IMG/VR virus record: IMGVR_UViG_3300045988_037302
Length of the DNA stretch: 40,524 bases
Origin: a virus
Direction: 5' to 3' (one strand)
The notes beneath the pieces are model-generated. The model was not told the DNA's origin. It was given only the letters and a program-made list of their open reading frames with translations, and ran no database searches. Every line of letters starts with the position of its first letter. Position 1 is the first letter of the stretch. The translations under genes and the position numbers were made by a program. This document shows positions 40,122 to 40,524 of the stretch, in pieces.

Positions 40122-40524
40122 AAGATTTAATTATCGATTGCTTCGCTGGCGGCGGTGGGGCGAGTGTGGGAATTGAGATGGCTCTTGGGCGGCCGGTTGA
40201 TATCGCAATCAATCACGACCCGGATGCCATATTGATGCACAAGACAAACCACCCGGATACGCTGCATCTGACAGAGGATATCTTCAAAGTCGATTTGCAG
40301 AAATATGTAAAAGGCCGGCATGTAGCACTGATGTGGGCAAGCCCGGACTGTACAAGCCATTCCAAGGCAAAAGGTGGAAAACCACGGGAGAAAGGACTGA
40401 GAATCCTCCCGTGGGCTGTATATAAACATGCCAAAGCAATCCTGCCGGATGTGATTATCATGGAGAATGTGGAAGAAATACAGCAATGGGGTCCTCTTGA
40501 TGAGAATGGACATCCTATACCGGA
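40118..40524 (+). CDS. DNA (cytosine-5) methyltransferase, N-terminal part (continues at base 78 via the circular junction)
   Basis: ATGA overlap with the upstream stop. DCFAGGGG (motif I), SPDCTSHSKAKGG (motif IV PC dipeptide), ENV (motif VI). The frame is open to the window end and in phase with 1-1035. Confidence 0.9.
   Translation, partial: MKDLIIDCFAGGGGASVGIEMALGRPVDIAINHDPDAILMHKTNHPDTLHLTEDIFKVDLQKYVKGRHVALMWASPDCTSHSKAKGGKPREKGLRILPWAVYKHAKAILPDVIIMENVEEIQQWGPLDENGHPIP
40448..40524. repeat. Terminal direct repeat, identical to 1-77
   Basis: Direct comparison of both ends. Confidence 0.95.

Larger units (their letters stand above)
1..40524. mobile_element. Complete circularly permuted temperate phage genome (siphovirus-type; unique length 40447 bp)
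   Basis: All modules are present: int/attP/repressor, early recombination genes, DNA modification, terminase, portal, capsid, long tape measure, fibres and lysis. The two ends overlap by 77 identical bases. Confidence 0.9.

Overview
This window is a complete, circularly permuted genome of a temperate siphovirus-type phage with a Firmicutes/Clostridia-style gene set. Bases 1-77 are identical to 40448-40524, so the unique length is 40447 bp, and a C5 cytosine methyltransferase gene runs across that junction. Almost all genes are on the + strand. In order they are: a DNA-modification and anti-restriction cluster, a second tyrosine recombinase, a small late-regulator-like HTH protein, a self-contained promoter-to-terminator cassette (LexA-DBD-like protein plus membrane protein), terminase small and large subunits, portal, head genes, neck, major tail, chaperones, a 1008-aa tape measure, tail tip and fibres, XhlA/holin/amidase lysis genes, attP carrying a tRNA 3' fragment, and the early/recombination genes (Xis-like HTH, Rad52-like SSAP, NinB-like, RusA). 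The only minus-strand block is the lysogeny operon at 24856-28141 (XRE repressor, ImmA, FtsK-gamma/Mrr nuclease fusion, Zn-ribbon membrane protein, integrase). The most interesting signal is an apparent invertible host-range switch in the tail-fibre gene. A perfect 17-bp inverted repeat (22143-22159 and 22773-22789), in the same codon phase (LNGSL) at both copies, brackets the current 3' end of the fibre gene and a promoterless alternative 3' cassette on the opposite strand. No serine invertase is present, so the orphan tyrosine recombinase about 19 kb away (2626-3624) is the obvious candidate enzyme. Other leads: (1) an FtsK-gamma/Mrr-type nuclease plus W-rich Zn-ribbon membrane protein co-transcribed with the repressor; (2) a PP-loop enzyme + SNF2-helicase/amino-methyltransferase fusion + repeat-containing C5-MTase island flanked by duplicated Lar modules; (3) a conserved late-promoter-like element, AAATTGGTACAAA-N17-TAnAAT, present three times and each time just after a terminator; (4) a LexA-DBD-only gene behind a promoter that contains a Cheo-box-like site; (5) a compact candidate sRNA gene; (6) a C-terminal peptide shared by the methyltransferase and the late regulator. 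All functional calls come from reading motifs in the supplied translations. No database search was run.
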